Assembly: GCA_016869675.1 (NCBI GenBank)
Contig: VGDP01000013.1
Coordinates: forward strand, 1,558 to 65,557
Direction of reading: 5' to 3'
Source of the DNA: Alphaproteobacteria bacterium
Lineage (GTDB): Bacteria > Pseudomonadota > Alphaproteobacteria > SP197
Length of the DNA stretch: 64,000 bases
Of this stretch, positions 20,033 through 29,695 are shown piece by piece. A model generated the notes under the pieces. The model saw only the letters and a list, made by a program, of their open reading frames with translations, was not told the origin of the DNA and searched no databases. How positions within the stretch are numbered: the first letter of the stretch is position 1; the number at the start of each line of letters is the position of its first letter. Made by a program: the position numbers and the translations under genes.

Positions 20033-20817
20033 ACCTGCCGTTCTATTGGGTCGACGCCTTCGCCGAGGCCCCCTTCAAGGGCAACCCGGCGGGCGTCGTG
20101 CCTCTGCGCTCCTGGCTCGACGACGCCTTGATGCAGGCGATCGCCACCGAGAACAACCTCTCCGAAACCGCGTTCTTCGTGCCCGAGGGCGCGGGCTACC
20201 ACCTGCGCTGGTTCACCCCGACGGTCGAGGTCGAATTGTGCGGCCACGCGACGCTCGCCTCGGGTCACGTGGTCATGACCGTGCTCGACGCGGCGCGCAA
20301 CAGCGTGACGTTCCGTTCGGCCTCGGGGCCGCTCGGTGTCGCGCGCGACGGCGACTGGCGCGTGCTCGACTTCCCTTCGCGCCCACCCGCGCCGATTGCC
20401 GTGCCGTCGTGGCTGCCGGCGGCGCTCGGCGCCGAGGTGCGCGCGTTCCACGACGCACCAGGCGGCAATACGCTGGCCCTGCTGGGCCGCGCGGCCGAGG
20501 TCCGAGACCTGGTACCCGACATCCCGGCGCTCGGCCGGGGGCTCGAGGATAGGGGCATCATCGTCACCGCGCCCGGCGACGACGTTGACTTCGTGTCGCG
20601 CTACTTCGCGCCGAACCACGGCATCCCCGAGGACCCGGTCACCGGGTCGGCTCACTGCACGCTGACGCCCTACTGGGCGGACCGGCTGGGCAAGACGACG
20701 CTGGAGGCGCGCCAAGTGTCGCGCCGGGGCGGCGGGCTGCGCTGCACGGTCAAGGGCAACCGGGTCCTGATCGCGGGCCGGTGCATCACCTACCTGGCCG
20801 GCACGATCAGCGTCTAG
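20029..20817 (+). CDS. PhzF family protein
   Basis: VDAF..GNPAGV, NLSETAF, LCGHATLA, EDPVTGSAH. Confidence 0.93.
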   Translation: MNLPFYWVDAFAEAPFKGNPAGVVPLRSWLDDALMQAIATENNLSETAFFVPEGAGYHLRWFTPTVEVELCGHATLASGHVVMTVLDAARNSVTFRSASGPLGVARDGDWRVLDFPSRPPAPIAVPSWLPAALGAEVRAFHDAPGGNTLALLGRAAEVRDLVPDIPALGRGLEDRGIIVTAPGDDVDFVSRYFAPNHGIPEDPVTGSAHCTLTPYWADRLGKTTLEARQVSRRGGGLRCTVKGNRVLIAGRCITYLAGTISV

Positions 20818-20820
20818 GCG

Positions 20821-21795
20821 CTAGACGCCGTGGTAGTCGCGGTACCAGGCGACGAAGCGCGGCAGGCCCTGGTCGATCCGTGTCGCCGGCTGGAAGCCCA
20901 GGATTTCCTGGGATTCGGTGATATCCGCGTAGGTCTCGTAGACGTCGCCCGGCTGCATGGGCGCCAGCTCGACCATGGCCTTGCGGCCACACGCCTCTTC
21001 CAGCACTTGGACGAAGCGGCGCAGTTCCTCGGTCCTGTGGTTTCCAAGGTTAAACACCCGATGCGGCGAACGGTCGCCGGGGTCGGCCGGCGGGTGGTCG
21101 AGCGTCGCGATGGTCCCGGCGACGATGTCGTCGATGTAGGTGAAGTCGCGCTTCAGATCGCCGCGGTTGAACAGGGTGATCGGCCGGCCCTCGAAGATCG
21201 CCTTGGTGAAGATGAACGCCGCCATGTCGGGGCGACCCCAAGGACCGTAGACCGTGAAGAAGCGCAGGCCCGTCATGGGCAGCCGGTAGAGGTGGCTGTT
21301 GCACTCGGCGATCAGCTCGCACGCGCGCTTGGTCGCAGCGTAGAGCGAGACCGGCCGATCGACCGGATCGGTCACCGAGAAGGGATGCTTGGTGTTGCCG
21401 CCGTAGACCGACGAGGAACTGGCGTAGACGAAGTGCCGCAGGGCCGCGCAGCGGCGCGCCAGCTCGATCATGGCGATCTGGCCCATGACGTTGGCCTCGC
21501 CATAGGCGAAGGGGTTGGTCCGGGGGTAGCGCACGCCGGCCTGGGCCGCCAGGTGGACGATGCCGGTGACATCGGCCGCCGCCAGGCCCTGGACCTGCTC
21601 CCAGCGCGCGATGTCGAGCCGGTGGAAGGCAAAATCCGGGTGCGCCGTGAGCTTGGCTAGACGTGCTTCCTTGAGGCGGACGTCGTAGTAGTTGTTGACG
21701 TTGTCCACGCCGATGACCCGCTCGCCGCGCGCGAGCAGGCTGATCGCGACGTGGAACCCGATGAAGCCCGCGGCTCCGGTGACGATGATGGCCAT
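20821..21795 (-). CDS. UDP-glucuronate 4-epimerase-like NAD-dependent epimerase
   Basis: TGAAGFIG, HLAAQAGVRY, YAATK, RFFTVYGPWGRPDMA. Confidence 0.9.
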   Translation of the reverse strand: MAIIVTGAAGFIGFHVAISLLARGERVIGVDNVNNYYDVRLKEARLAKLTAHPDFAFHRLDIARWEQVQGLAAADVTGIVHLAAQAGVRYPRTNPFAYGEANVMGQIAMIELARRCAALRHFVYASSSSVYGGNTKHPFSVTDPVDRPVSLYAATKRACELIAECNSHLYRLPMTGLRFFTVYGPWGRPDMAAFIFTKAIFEGRPITLFNRGDLKRDFTYIDDIVAGTIATLDHPPADPGDRSPHRVFNLGNHRTEELRRFVQVLEEACGRKAMVELAPMQPGDVYETYADITESQEILGFQPATRIDQGLPRFVAWYRDYHGV

Positions 21796-21930
21796 GACGT
21801 GTCCCGTACCCCTGGCGCCCCTGTCCTGTTGGTGGGCGAGCCCCGAACGCGTCGGGCGACCCCTACCCTTGTTGCCTCCGTCCCGTTCTGGTACGCAGGC
21901 CTTCACGCGCCCGCGTTTGACGCTTCATGC

Positions 21931-21945
21931 TTAACGCATCCTTCA
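21931..21945 (+). promoter_or_regulatory. Putative CtrA-binding box upstream of tacA
   Basis: TTAA-CGCATCC-TTCA is TTAA-N7-TTAA with one mismatch, 28 bp before the ATG. Confidence 0.55.
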
Positions 21946-21972
21946 GCCTGCCTATGGCATGGAGCGACCGGC

Positions 21973-23466
21973 ATGGCCAAGACCATTTTGATCGTCGACG
22001 ATGATCCGGTGCAGCGCCGCTTGCACAGCGAGATCGTGACGCGCGCGGGCTTCCGTCCCGTGCAGGCGGATGGCCCGAAGGCCGCGATCAAGATGGTGGA
22101 GCAGTCGAGCGAGGGCGATTTCGACCTCATGCTGCTCGACCTCCTGATGCCCGAGATCGATGGCCTTGGCGTGCTCGACAAGGTCAAGCCGATGCGGCCC
22201 AACCTGCCGGTCATCGTGGTGACGGCGCACGCGGGCATCGAGCACGTGGTCAAGGCCATGCGCGCCGGCGCCATCGACTTCGTGGTCAAGCCCGTGTCGC
22301 AGGAACGACTGCAGGTCTCTATCGAGAACGCCCTGCACATCAAGTCCCTGGCCGGCGAGGTCACGCGTCTGCAACGGTGCGCGGGCGGCGGGGTCGACCC
22401 CACCGACATCGTCGGCGGCAGCCCGGCCTTGCGCAAGGCGCTCAACCTGGCTGAACGCGCCGCGCAGTCCTCGATCCCGGTGCTCATCGAGGGCGAAAGC
22501 GGCGTCGGCAAGGAGCTGATCGCGCGTTACATCCGTGCCCGGAGCGATCGGGCCGAGAGGCCTTTCGTCGCGGTCAACTGCGGCGCGATCCCCGAGAACC
22601 TAGTCGAAAGCATCCTGTTCGGCCACGAAAAGGGCTCGTTCACCGGCGCCACCGGGCGCCACATTGGCAAATTCCAGGAAGCGGATGGCGGCACGCTGTT
22701 CCTCGACGAAATCGGCGAGCTGAGGCAGGACCTCCAGGTCAAGCTGTTGCGCGTGATCCAGGAAGGCGAAGTCGACCCGGTCGGCAGCAAGCAACCGGTC
22801 AAGGTCGACGTGCGCCTGATCTGGGCGACTAACCGTGATCTGCAGAAGCTGGTCGCCCAGGGCGTGTTCCGCGAGGATCCCTACTATCGCGTCAACGTCT
22901 TCCCGGTCTCGGTGCCGTCACTGCGGGATCGCAAGGAGGACATTCCGACCCTGGTCGAGCACTTTGCCCAGCGGTTCGCGGCCGCCGAGGGCCTGAAGGT
23001 CAAGGGCGCCACGCCCGAGGCGCTCGAGATGCTGGGGTCGTACCACTGGCCGGGCAACGTGCGGCAGCTCGAGAACGCCGTGTTCCGCGCGGTCGTGCTG
23101 GCCGATTCGGACCTGCTGCGTCCGGCGGATTTCCCGCAGGTGGCCCAGTGGGTCGGCATCGATCTGCCCAGCGATCCGGTCGCCGCGCCCACGCCCGCTG
23201 CCGCGCACGGCCCCATGGCGGTGGCGCCCGCGATGCCCGCGCCATCAGCCCCGCCCGCCGGCCCGGCGGCCGGAAGCATCCGGCTGCTGGGCGAGGACGG
23301 CAACGTGCGCCCGCTGGGCGACATCGAGGCCGAGGTCATCCGCCTGGCGCTCGACCACTACCACGGCCAAATGTCAAAGGTGGCGCGACGCCTGGGCATC
23401 GGCCGTTCGACGCTCTACCGCAAGGTGCGCGAACTCGGGCTGGAGCCCGCCGAGGCCGAAGGCTAG
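21973..23466 (+). CDS. tacA: Sigma-54-dependent response regulator, TacA-like
   Basis: MAKTILIVDDDPVQRRL receiver, GESGVGKE, GSFTGA, WPGNVRQLEN, Fis HTH LGIGRSTLYRK. Confidence 0.8.
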   Translation: MAKTILIVDDDPVQRRLHSEIVTRAGFRPVQADGPKAAIKMVEQSSEGDFDLMLLDLLMPEIDGLGVLDKVKPMRPNLPVIVVTAHAGIEHVVKAMRAGAIDFVVKPVSQERLQVSIENALHIKSLAGEVTRLQRCAGGGVDPTDIVGGSPALRKALNLAERAAQSSIPVLIEGESGVGKELIARYIRARSDRAERPFVAVNCGAIPENLVESILFGHEKGSFTGATGRHIGKFQEADGGTLFLDEIGELRQDLQVKLLRVIQEGEVDPVGSKQPVKVDVRLIWATNRDLQKLVAQGVFREDPYYRVNVFPVSVPSLRDRKEDIPTLVEHFAQRFAAAEGLKVKGATPEALEMLGSYHWPGNVRQLENAVFRAVVLADSDLLRPADFPQVAQWVGIDLPSDPVAAPTPAAAHGPMAVAPAMPAPSAPPAGPAAGSIRLLGEDGNVRPLGDIEAEVIRLALDHYHGQMSKVARRLGIGRSTLYRKVRELGLEPAEAEG

Positions 23467-23541
23467 GGCGGCGCACCTTGCCGGGCCTGGGCCTCAGGTC
23501 CATCATGACCTTGGCTGGGATCGGGCACTGAGGGTGAGACC

Positions 23542-26500
23542 ATGACGCTCGCCGCCGTCACGCTCGACGACAAGTACGCGCTCGACGACGGTCGGGTCTA
23601 TCTGACCGGAACCCAGGCTCTGGTGCGCCTGCCGCTCATGCAGCGCCGGCGCGACGCGCGGGCGGGCCTGAACACCGCCGGCTTCATCGCGGGGTACCGT
23701 GGTTCGCCGCTCGGCGGCTTCGACCAGGCGCTGTGGCGCGCCAGGCCGTTCCTCGACCGCCAGCACATCCGTTTCCAGCCCGGCGTCAACGAGGATCTGG
23801 CCGCCACCGCCGTTTGGGGCAGCCAGCAGGTTGGCCTGTTCCCCGGTGCCAAGTACGACGGCGTGTTCGGAATCTGGTACGGCAAGGGACCCGGGGTCGA
23901 CCGCACGGGCGACGCCTTCAAGCACGCCAACAGCGCCGGCACGGCGCGCCACGGCGGCGTGCTGGCGTTGGCCGGGGACGACCACACGTGCAAGTCCTCG
24001 ACGCTCGCGCACCAGAGCGAATACGCCTGCATGGACGCGATGATCCCGGTGCTGAACCCGTCGAACATCCAGGAGATCCTGGATTACGGCCTGATCGGCT
24101 GGGCGATCTCGCGCTACGCCGGGGTCTGGGTGGCCATGAAGGTGGTCGCCGACACGGTCGACGGCTCGGCTTCGGTCCAAGTCGGAACCGACCGGGTGCG
24201 GCTGATCGAGCCGACCGACTTCACCATGCCCGAGGGCGGGCTCAACATCCGCTGGCCAGACCCGCCGCTGGTGCAGGAGGAACGGCTGCACCGGCACAAG
24301 CTCTACGCCGCGCTGGCCTACGCGCGGGCGAACCGGCTGGACCGCGTGGTGCTGGATTCGCCGAACCCGCGCTTCGGCATCATCACCACGGGCAAGACCT
24401 ACCTGGACGTGCGCCAGGCGTTGGACGACCTGGGCATCGACGAAGCGATGGCGCGGCAGATCGGCCTGCGCGTTTACAAGGTCGCCATGAGCTGGCCGCT
24501 GGAGCGCGAGGGCGCGCGCCGCTTCGCCGAAGGCCTCGAGGAAGTGCTCGTGGTCGAGGAGAAGCGCGCCGTCATCGAGAACCAGCTCAAGGAGCAGCTC
24601 TACAACTGGGACGTCAAGGACCGGCCGCGCATCATCGGCAAGTTCGACGAGGAGCGGAATCTGATCCTGCCCTCGTTCGACGAACTGACGCCGGCCCGCA
24701 TCGCGCGCGTCATCGCCCGGCGCATTGGCCGGTTCTTCACCAGCGAGGACATCCGCGACTGCCTGGCGTTTCTCGAGGCCAAGGAGCGCGCGCTGACCAC
24801 CGAGCCGGCGCCGATCAGCCGCATCCCCTACTTCTGCTCGGGCTGCCCGCACAACACCTCGACCAAGGTACCCGAGGGCAGCCGCGCGCTGGCCGGCATC
24901 GGCTGCCACTACATGGCGCTGTGGATGGACCGCTCCACCGCGACCTTCACACAAATGGGCGGCGAAGGCGCCTCGTGGATCGGCCAGGCCGCGTTCACCG
25001 AGACGTCGCACGTGTTCCAGAACCTGGGCGACGGCACCTACGTCCACTCGGGCCTGCTGGCGATCCGCGCCGCGGTCGCGGCGGGCGTCACCATGACGTA
25101 CAAGATCCTCTACAACGACGCGGTCGCCATGACCGGCGGCCAGCCGACCGAGGGGCACCCATCGGTCGCCCAGATCACCCACCAGCTTTACGGCGAAGGC
25201 GTGCGGCGCATCGTCGTGGTCACCGACGAGCCCGACAAGTACCCGATCGACGCGGGCTTCGCGGCCGGTGTCACGGTCCATCACCGAAGCGAGCTCGACG
25301 CGGTGCAGCGCTCCTTGCGCGCGACCGCCGGCGTCACGGCCCTGATCTACGACCAGGTGTGCGCCACCGAGAAGCGGCGTCGGCGCAAGCGCGGCCTGAT
25401 GGCCGATCCGGACGTGCGCGTCGTGATCAACGAGGACGTATGCGAAGGCTGCGGCGACTGCAGCCGAACCTCGAATTGCCTGTCGGTGGTGCCGGTCGAG
25501 ACCGAATTCGGCCGCAAGCGCCAGATCGACCAGTCCTCGTGCAACAAGGACCTGAGCTGCGTCGAGGGCTTTTGCCCCAGCTTCGTCACCGTGCGCGGCG
25601 GGCGTATGCGTAAGCGCCGCGCCGCAGGCGCCGACGGCCTCGGGCCGGAGGCCCTGCCCGAGCCGAGCGAGCCCACGCTGGACGAGCCGTTCGGTATCCT
25701 GGTCACCGGCGTCGGCGGCACGGGCGTCGTCACGGTCGGCGCGATCCTGGGCATGGCGGCCCACCTGGCCGGGCGCGGCGTCGGCGTGCTCGACCAGACC
25801 GGGCTGGCGCAGAAATACGGCGCCGTGGTCAGCCATGTGCGCATCGGCCGCCGGCCCGAGGACATCCACGCGGTCAAGATCGCGGCCGGCGGCGCCGACC
25901 TGCTGCTGGGCTGCGATCTGGTGGTGGCCGCCGGGTTCGACGCCCTGGCCAAGCTGCGCGAGGGCCGCGCCACGGCCCTGATCAACGCCCACGAATCGCC
26001 GACCGGCGAATTCACCCGCAAGCCCGACCTGGTGTTCCCCGGCGCCCGTCTGCGCGCGCGCATCGAGACGGCGGTCGGACCGGGGCACGCCCATTTCCTC
26101 GACGCCACGACGATTGCGACCCATCTGTTCGGCGACGCCATCGCGACCAACCTGTTCATGGTCGGCTGGGCGTACCAGAAGGGCCTGATCCCCCTGCCCG
26201 GCGCGGCGATCCTCCGGGCCCTCGAGCTGAACGGCGCCGCCGTCGCGCTGAACACCGCGGCGTTCCACGCCGGGCGCCACGCGGCCCTGGATCCGGACGG
26301 CTTGGTGCGGCAGGTGCGTGCCGCCGAGCCCGCGCCCGCGCACCGCCAGTTGAGCGCCACGACCGAGGACGTCGTCGCCCGCCGCGCACGGCACCTGGCG
26401 GCCTACCAAGACCAGGCCCTGGCCGAGCGTTTCCGCGCCTTCGTCGGCCGCGCCGCCGACGCCGAGCGGACCAGGGCCGAGGGCATGACCGGCCTAGTCG

Positions 26501-27018
26501 ATGCCGTCGCGCGCGGCTACCACAAGGTGCTCGCCTACAAAGACGAGTACGAGGTCGCGCGGCTCTACACGGACCCGGCCTTCGCCGCGCGCATCGCCGG
26601 CCAGTTCGAGGGCTCGCCACGGCTGGAGGTGCACCTCGCGCCGCCGATCCTGGGCGAGCGCGATCCCGTCACCGGCCACGCCCGCAAGCGCACCTTCGGC
26701 CCGTGGGTGTTCGCGCTTTTCCGCGTGCTGGCCCGACTCAAGGGTTTGCGCGGCACGCCGTTCGACCCGTTCGGGCGGACCGCCGAACGGCGTGCCGAGC
26801 GGGCATTGATCGCGACGTACGAACAGGCCGTGACCGAGGCGCTGGAGCGGCTCGACCACGACAGCCATTCCCTGGTGGCGGAGATCGCGCGCCTGCCCGA
26901 ACAGGTGCGCGGCTTCGGCCACGTCAAGGAGGCGAACCGGGTCAAGGCGCTGGCGTGGCTCGACGAGCTGATGGGCCTGCTGCGCGCCGGCCCGCACGCG
27001 GCGCGCGCGGCCGAGTAA
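23542..27018 (+). CDS. Indolepyruvate ferredoxin oxidoreductase family protein (fused)
   Basis: GYRGSPLGG, NEDLAATA, CSGCPHN, CEGCGDC, GVGGTGV, YKDEYEVARL. Confidence 0.93.
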   Translation: MTLAAVTLDDKYALDDGRVYLTGTQALVRLPLMQRRRDARAGLNTAGFIAGYRGSPLGGFDQALWRARPFLDRQHIRFQPGVNEDLAATAVWGSQQVGLFPGAKYDGVFGIWYGKGPGVDRTGDAFKHANSAGTARHGGVLALAGDDHTCKSSTLAHQSEYACMDAMIPVLNPSNIQEILDYGLIGWAISRYAGVWVAMKVVADTVDGSASVQVGTDRVRLIEPTDFTMPEGGLNIRWPDPPLVQEERLHRHKLYAALAYARANRLDRVVLDSPNPRFGIITTGKTYLDVRQALDDLGIDEAMARQIGLRVYKVAMSWPLEREGARRFAEGLEEVLVVEEKRAVIENQLKEQLYNWDVKDRPRIIGKFDEERNLILPSFDELTPARIARVIARRIGRFFTSEDIRDCLAFLEAKERALTTEPAPISRIPYFCSGCPHNTSTKVPEGSRALAGIGCHYMALWMDRSTATFTQMGGEGASWIGQAAFTETSHVFQNLGDGTYVHSGLLAIRAAVAAGVTMTYKILYNDAVAMTGGQPTEGHPSVAQITHQLYGEGVRRIVVVTDEPDKYPIDAGFAAGVTVHHRSELDAVQRSLRATAGVTALIYDQVCATEKRRRRKRGLMADPDVRVVINEDVCEGCGDCSRTSNCLSVVPVETEFGRKRQIDQSSCNKDLSCVEGFCPSFVTVRGGRMRKRRAAGADGLGPEALPEPSEPTLDEPFGILVTGVGGTGVVTVGAILGMAAHLAGRGVGVLDQTGLAQKYGAVVSHVRIGRRPEDIHAVKIAAGGADLLLGCDLVVAAGFDALAKLREGRATALINAHESPTGEFTRKPDLVFPGARLRARIETAVGPGHAHFLDATTIATHLFGDAIATNLFMVGWAYQKGLIPLPGAAILRALELNGAAVALNTAAFHAGRHAALDPDGLVRQVRAAEPAPAHRQLSATTEDVVARRARHLAAYQDQALAERFRAFVGRAADAERTRAEGMTGLVDAVARGYHKVLAYKDEYEVARLYTDPAFAARIAGQFEGSPRLEVHLAPPILGERDPVTGHARKRTFGPWVFALFRVLARLKGLRGTPFDPFGRTAERRAERALIATYEQAVTEALERLDHDSHSLVAEIARLPEQVRGFGHVKEANRVKALAWLDELMGLLRAGPHAARAAE

Positions 27019-27032
27019 CGGCGGGGACGGCC

Positions 27033-27242
27033 ATGAGCGAAGAGCGCGAACAGAGGATCCTGGAGGCCCTGCGCGACATCCGCGACGGCCAGCGCGCGAT
27101 CCTCGAGGCGCTCAACCGCCAGAAGGACCTGGCGCAAGACCACTACAATCTGGTCTCGAATCTGGTCTATGGCGCCCGCGCGATCGGCGTGATGATCATC
27201 ATCCCCATCGCGGCGATCGTCTTGGTGGTGCGCTACTTCTGA
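27033..27242 (+). CDS. Small hypothetical membrane protein (69 aa)
   Basis: ATG after GGGGA, host-like codon usage, coiled-coil-like N-terminus and C-terminal TM helix. Confidence 0.6.
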   Translation: MSEEREQRILEALRDIRDGQRAILEALNRQKDLAQDHYNLVSNLVYGARAIGVMIIIPIAAIVLVVRYF

Positions 27243-28081
27243 GTCTCCGCCTCGAGGCGCGCCCAGATCGCCTCGACGCGCCGGCGGATCATCAGGGCCT
27301 CGTCCCAGCGGTCCGACAGCTCATAGCCGTCGGGGCCGGTGATCGCGTACTCATTCGGCCCCAGTTCGCACAGGAACAGCAAGGTCGCGTCGGACCGCAC
27401 CCGCGCCCGCCACAGGCGAAACCCGTCTTCCCACCAGCCGGCGAACAGGTCGAACCACTTGGCGTGCTGCGGGAACGAGATCTGCACCTGGATCTGTTCG
27501 CGCGACGCCACGCGCCCCTGGAACGAGTCCGACCGTTCCAGGATGCGTCGGATCAGGCCATGGTTCTCGGCCGAGATCGGGTACCAGAACTCGCGGTCGA
27601 GCAGGTAGTGCGACAGGTCCGCGCACAGGCGCATCTCGGGCACCGCGTCGATCAGTTGCAGTGTGGCGAACAGGTCGTTGGTGATGCAGTTGCGGTGGGT
27701 CTCGAACTGGATGGCGACGCCCTCGTCCTCGGCCATGGCGATCCAGGCACGGATCACCGGAATCATGCCAGCCACCGTCAGTGGCATGACCTGGCCGATC
27801 ACGTTGACGAAGCGGGCGTCGAAGTCCCGCGCCATGCGCAAGACCGGGCGCAGGTCCTCGATGCTCTTGGGGAACGCGTTGATGAGGCAGCCCAGGCCGT
27901 GGCGCGCGAACAGCGGCCGGGTGCGGCGCATGGCGTCGTCGTCGAAGATGCCCATGTCGATGGCCATGCCGGCGTAGCCGGCCTCGGCGACCATGGCGAA
28001 GGATTCCTCGACCGGCCGCTCGACCCCGTCGGGTCGGCGCAGCTCCATGGCCCATAGGGACTGGAAGACCTCGAGCCGCAT
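27233..28081 (-). CDS. Sugar-phosphate isomerase/epimerase (xylose isomerase-like TIM barrel)
   Basis: FQSLWAME, ETHR, ADLSHY, GRV, CELGP. Confidence 0.8.
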   Translation of the reverse strand: MRLEVFQSLWAMELRRPDGVERPVEESFAMVAEAGYAGMAIDMGIFDDDAMRRTRPLFARHGLGCLINAFPKSIEDLRPVLRMARDFDARFVNVIGQVMPLTVAGMIPVIRAWIAMAEDEGVAIQFETHRNCITNDLFATLQLIDAVPEMRLCADLSHYLLDREFWYPISAENHGLIRRILERSDSFQGRVASREQIQVQISFPQHAKWFDLFAGWWEDGFRLWRARVRSDATLLFLCELGPNEYAITGPDGYELSDRWDEALMIRRRVEAIWARLEAETQK

Positions 28082-28668
28082 CAGAGCGTCATGCCGGCCG
28101 GCACGGGCGCGTTCATCAAGGCCTTGACGCGGCGGTGCGTGGCCAGGTCGCGCACCCATTCGTAGTAGATGCCCTTGGTCGAGGTGACGGCGATGCCGGC
28201 GTCGCGCAGGCGCCGCAGCCCGTGGTCGTGGTTGGGCGGCGGGCTGGCGCATGCATCGTCGATGACCACGGCGTGGTGACCGAGCGCCGCGAGCCCCAGC
28301 GCCGAGTGGGCGACGCACACGTCGGTTTCCATGCCGGTCAGCACGAAGGTATCGCGCCCCGTCGCCTGGACCGCGGCACGGATATCGTCCTGGCGGTCGA
28401 GCCCGAAGATCATCTTGTCGAAAATCGTGGCACCTTCGGGCAGCCGCGTCGCCAGATCGGGCACCAGGGTGCCGTTGGTCGCGATGTCCTCGGCGGTCGC
28501 GACGATCGGGATGTCAAGAGCGCGGGCCGCGTTCATCAGCCAGCCGATGCGTTCGACCAACGGTCCACGTTCGTGCAGCGGCAGCTTGGTCAGGAAGTAG
28601 GCCTGCACGTCGATGACGACGAGGCACGAACGGTTGCGGTCGACGACGCCGGTGTCCTTCGCGGTCAT
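28081..28668 (-). CDS. Isochorismatase family cysteine hydrolase
   Basis: LVVIDVQ, K, GMETDVCV catalytic triad. Confidence 0.85.
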   Translation of the reverse strand: MTAKDTGVVDRNRSCLVVIDVQAYFLTKLPLHERGPLVERIGWLMNAARALDIPIVATAEDIATNGTLVPDLATRLPEGATIFDKMIFGLDRQDDIRAAVQATGRDTFVLTGMETDVCVAHSALGLAALGHHAVVIDDACASPPPNHDHGLRRLRDAGIAVTSTKGIYYEWVRDLATHRRVKALMNAPVPAGMTL

Positions 28669-28785
28669 GGTGCCCTCCCCTCTGGCGCGCCAACCGTTCC
28701 ATGGGGCGGCGACGCGGGTCAACCGGCCCGACAGGAGCGCCGGCGTGGGCTATGATGGCTGCCCGCCGCGCCCCGCAACGGTCCT

Positions 28786-29682
28786 ATGTCCTCCGCTCCC
28801 ACACCGGCATCGCAGCCCCTCGCCGGCATCGGCTACTTGTTGGCTGCGGTGATCGTCTTCTCGATCATGGACGCGCTCATCAAGTGGCTGAGCGCGGACT
28901 ACCCGACGTTGCAGGTGATCTTCTTCCGTGGCGCCTGCGCGTTCATCCCGCTCAGCCTGTTCATCGCGCGCCAGGGCGGCCTGGCCGCGCTGCGCACGAA
29001 CCGGCCGGTCGGCCACATCCTGCGCTGCCTGGTCGGCGTGTCGTCCATGGTGCTCGGCTTCTGGGCGCTCGCGGTGCTTCCCCTGGCCGACGTGATCGCC
29101 ATCGGCTTCGCCGGGCCGATCTTCCTGACCGCGCTCTCGGTGCCATTGCTGGGCGAGACCGTCGGCTGGCGGCGCTGGTGCGCCGTCTTCGCCGGGTTCC
29201 TCGGCGTCATCGTCATGGTGCGCCCGGGCTCCAGCCTGTTCCAGGTCGAAGCCCTGATCCCGGTGGGCGGCGCCGTAGGCTACGCCTTCGCCATGGTGCT
29301 GGTGCGCCGGCTGACCGCGACCGAGACCATCGCGGCCATCGTGTTCTACTTCACCCTGACCACCACGGTGGTCAGCGGCGCCATCCTACCCTTCGTGTGG
29401 GTCACGCCGACCTGGGGTGACTTGGGCCTGCTGGTTTCGGTGGGCTTGTGCGGCGGCGTGGCGCAACTGCTCATGACACGAGCGTTCAAGATCGCGCCGG
29501 GGTCGCTGATCGCGCCGTTCGAGTATTCGGCCGTGATCTGGGCCGTGACGTTCGGCTGGGTCATCTGGCACGAGCTGCCCGATGCCGCCATCTGGACGGG
29601 CAGCGCCATCGTCATCGCCAGCGGCCTCTACATCCTGCACCGCGAGGCCGTGATCGCGCGGTGCCGGCGCGGTCGGACCTGA
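28786..29682 (+). CDS. DMT/EamA family transporter
   Basis: LLGETVGWRRW, APFEYS, multiple TM helices. Confidence 0.9.
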   Translation: MSSAPTPASQPLAGIGYLLAAVIVFSIMDALIKWLSADYPTLQVIFFRGACAFIPLSLFIARQGGLAALRTNRPVGHILRCLVGVSSMVLGFWALAVLPLADVIAIGFAGPIFLTALSVPLLGETVGWRRWCAVFAGFLGVIVMVRPGSSLFQVEALIPVGGAVGYAFAMVLVRRLTATETIAAIVFYFTLTTTVVSGAILPFVWVTPTWGDLGLLVSVGLCGGVAQLLMTRAFKIAPGSLIAPFEYSAVIWAVTFGWVIWHELPDAAIWTGSAIVIASGLYILHREAVIARCRRGRT

Positions 29683-29695
29683 TAGCAACCCCGCG

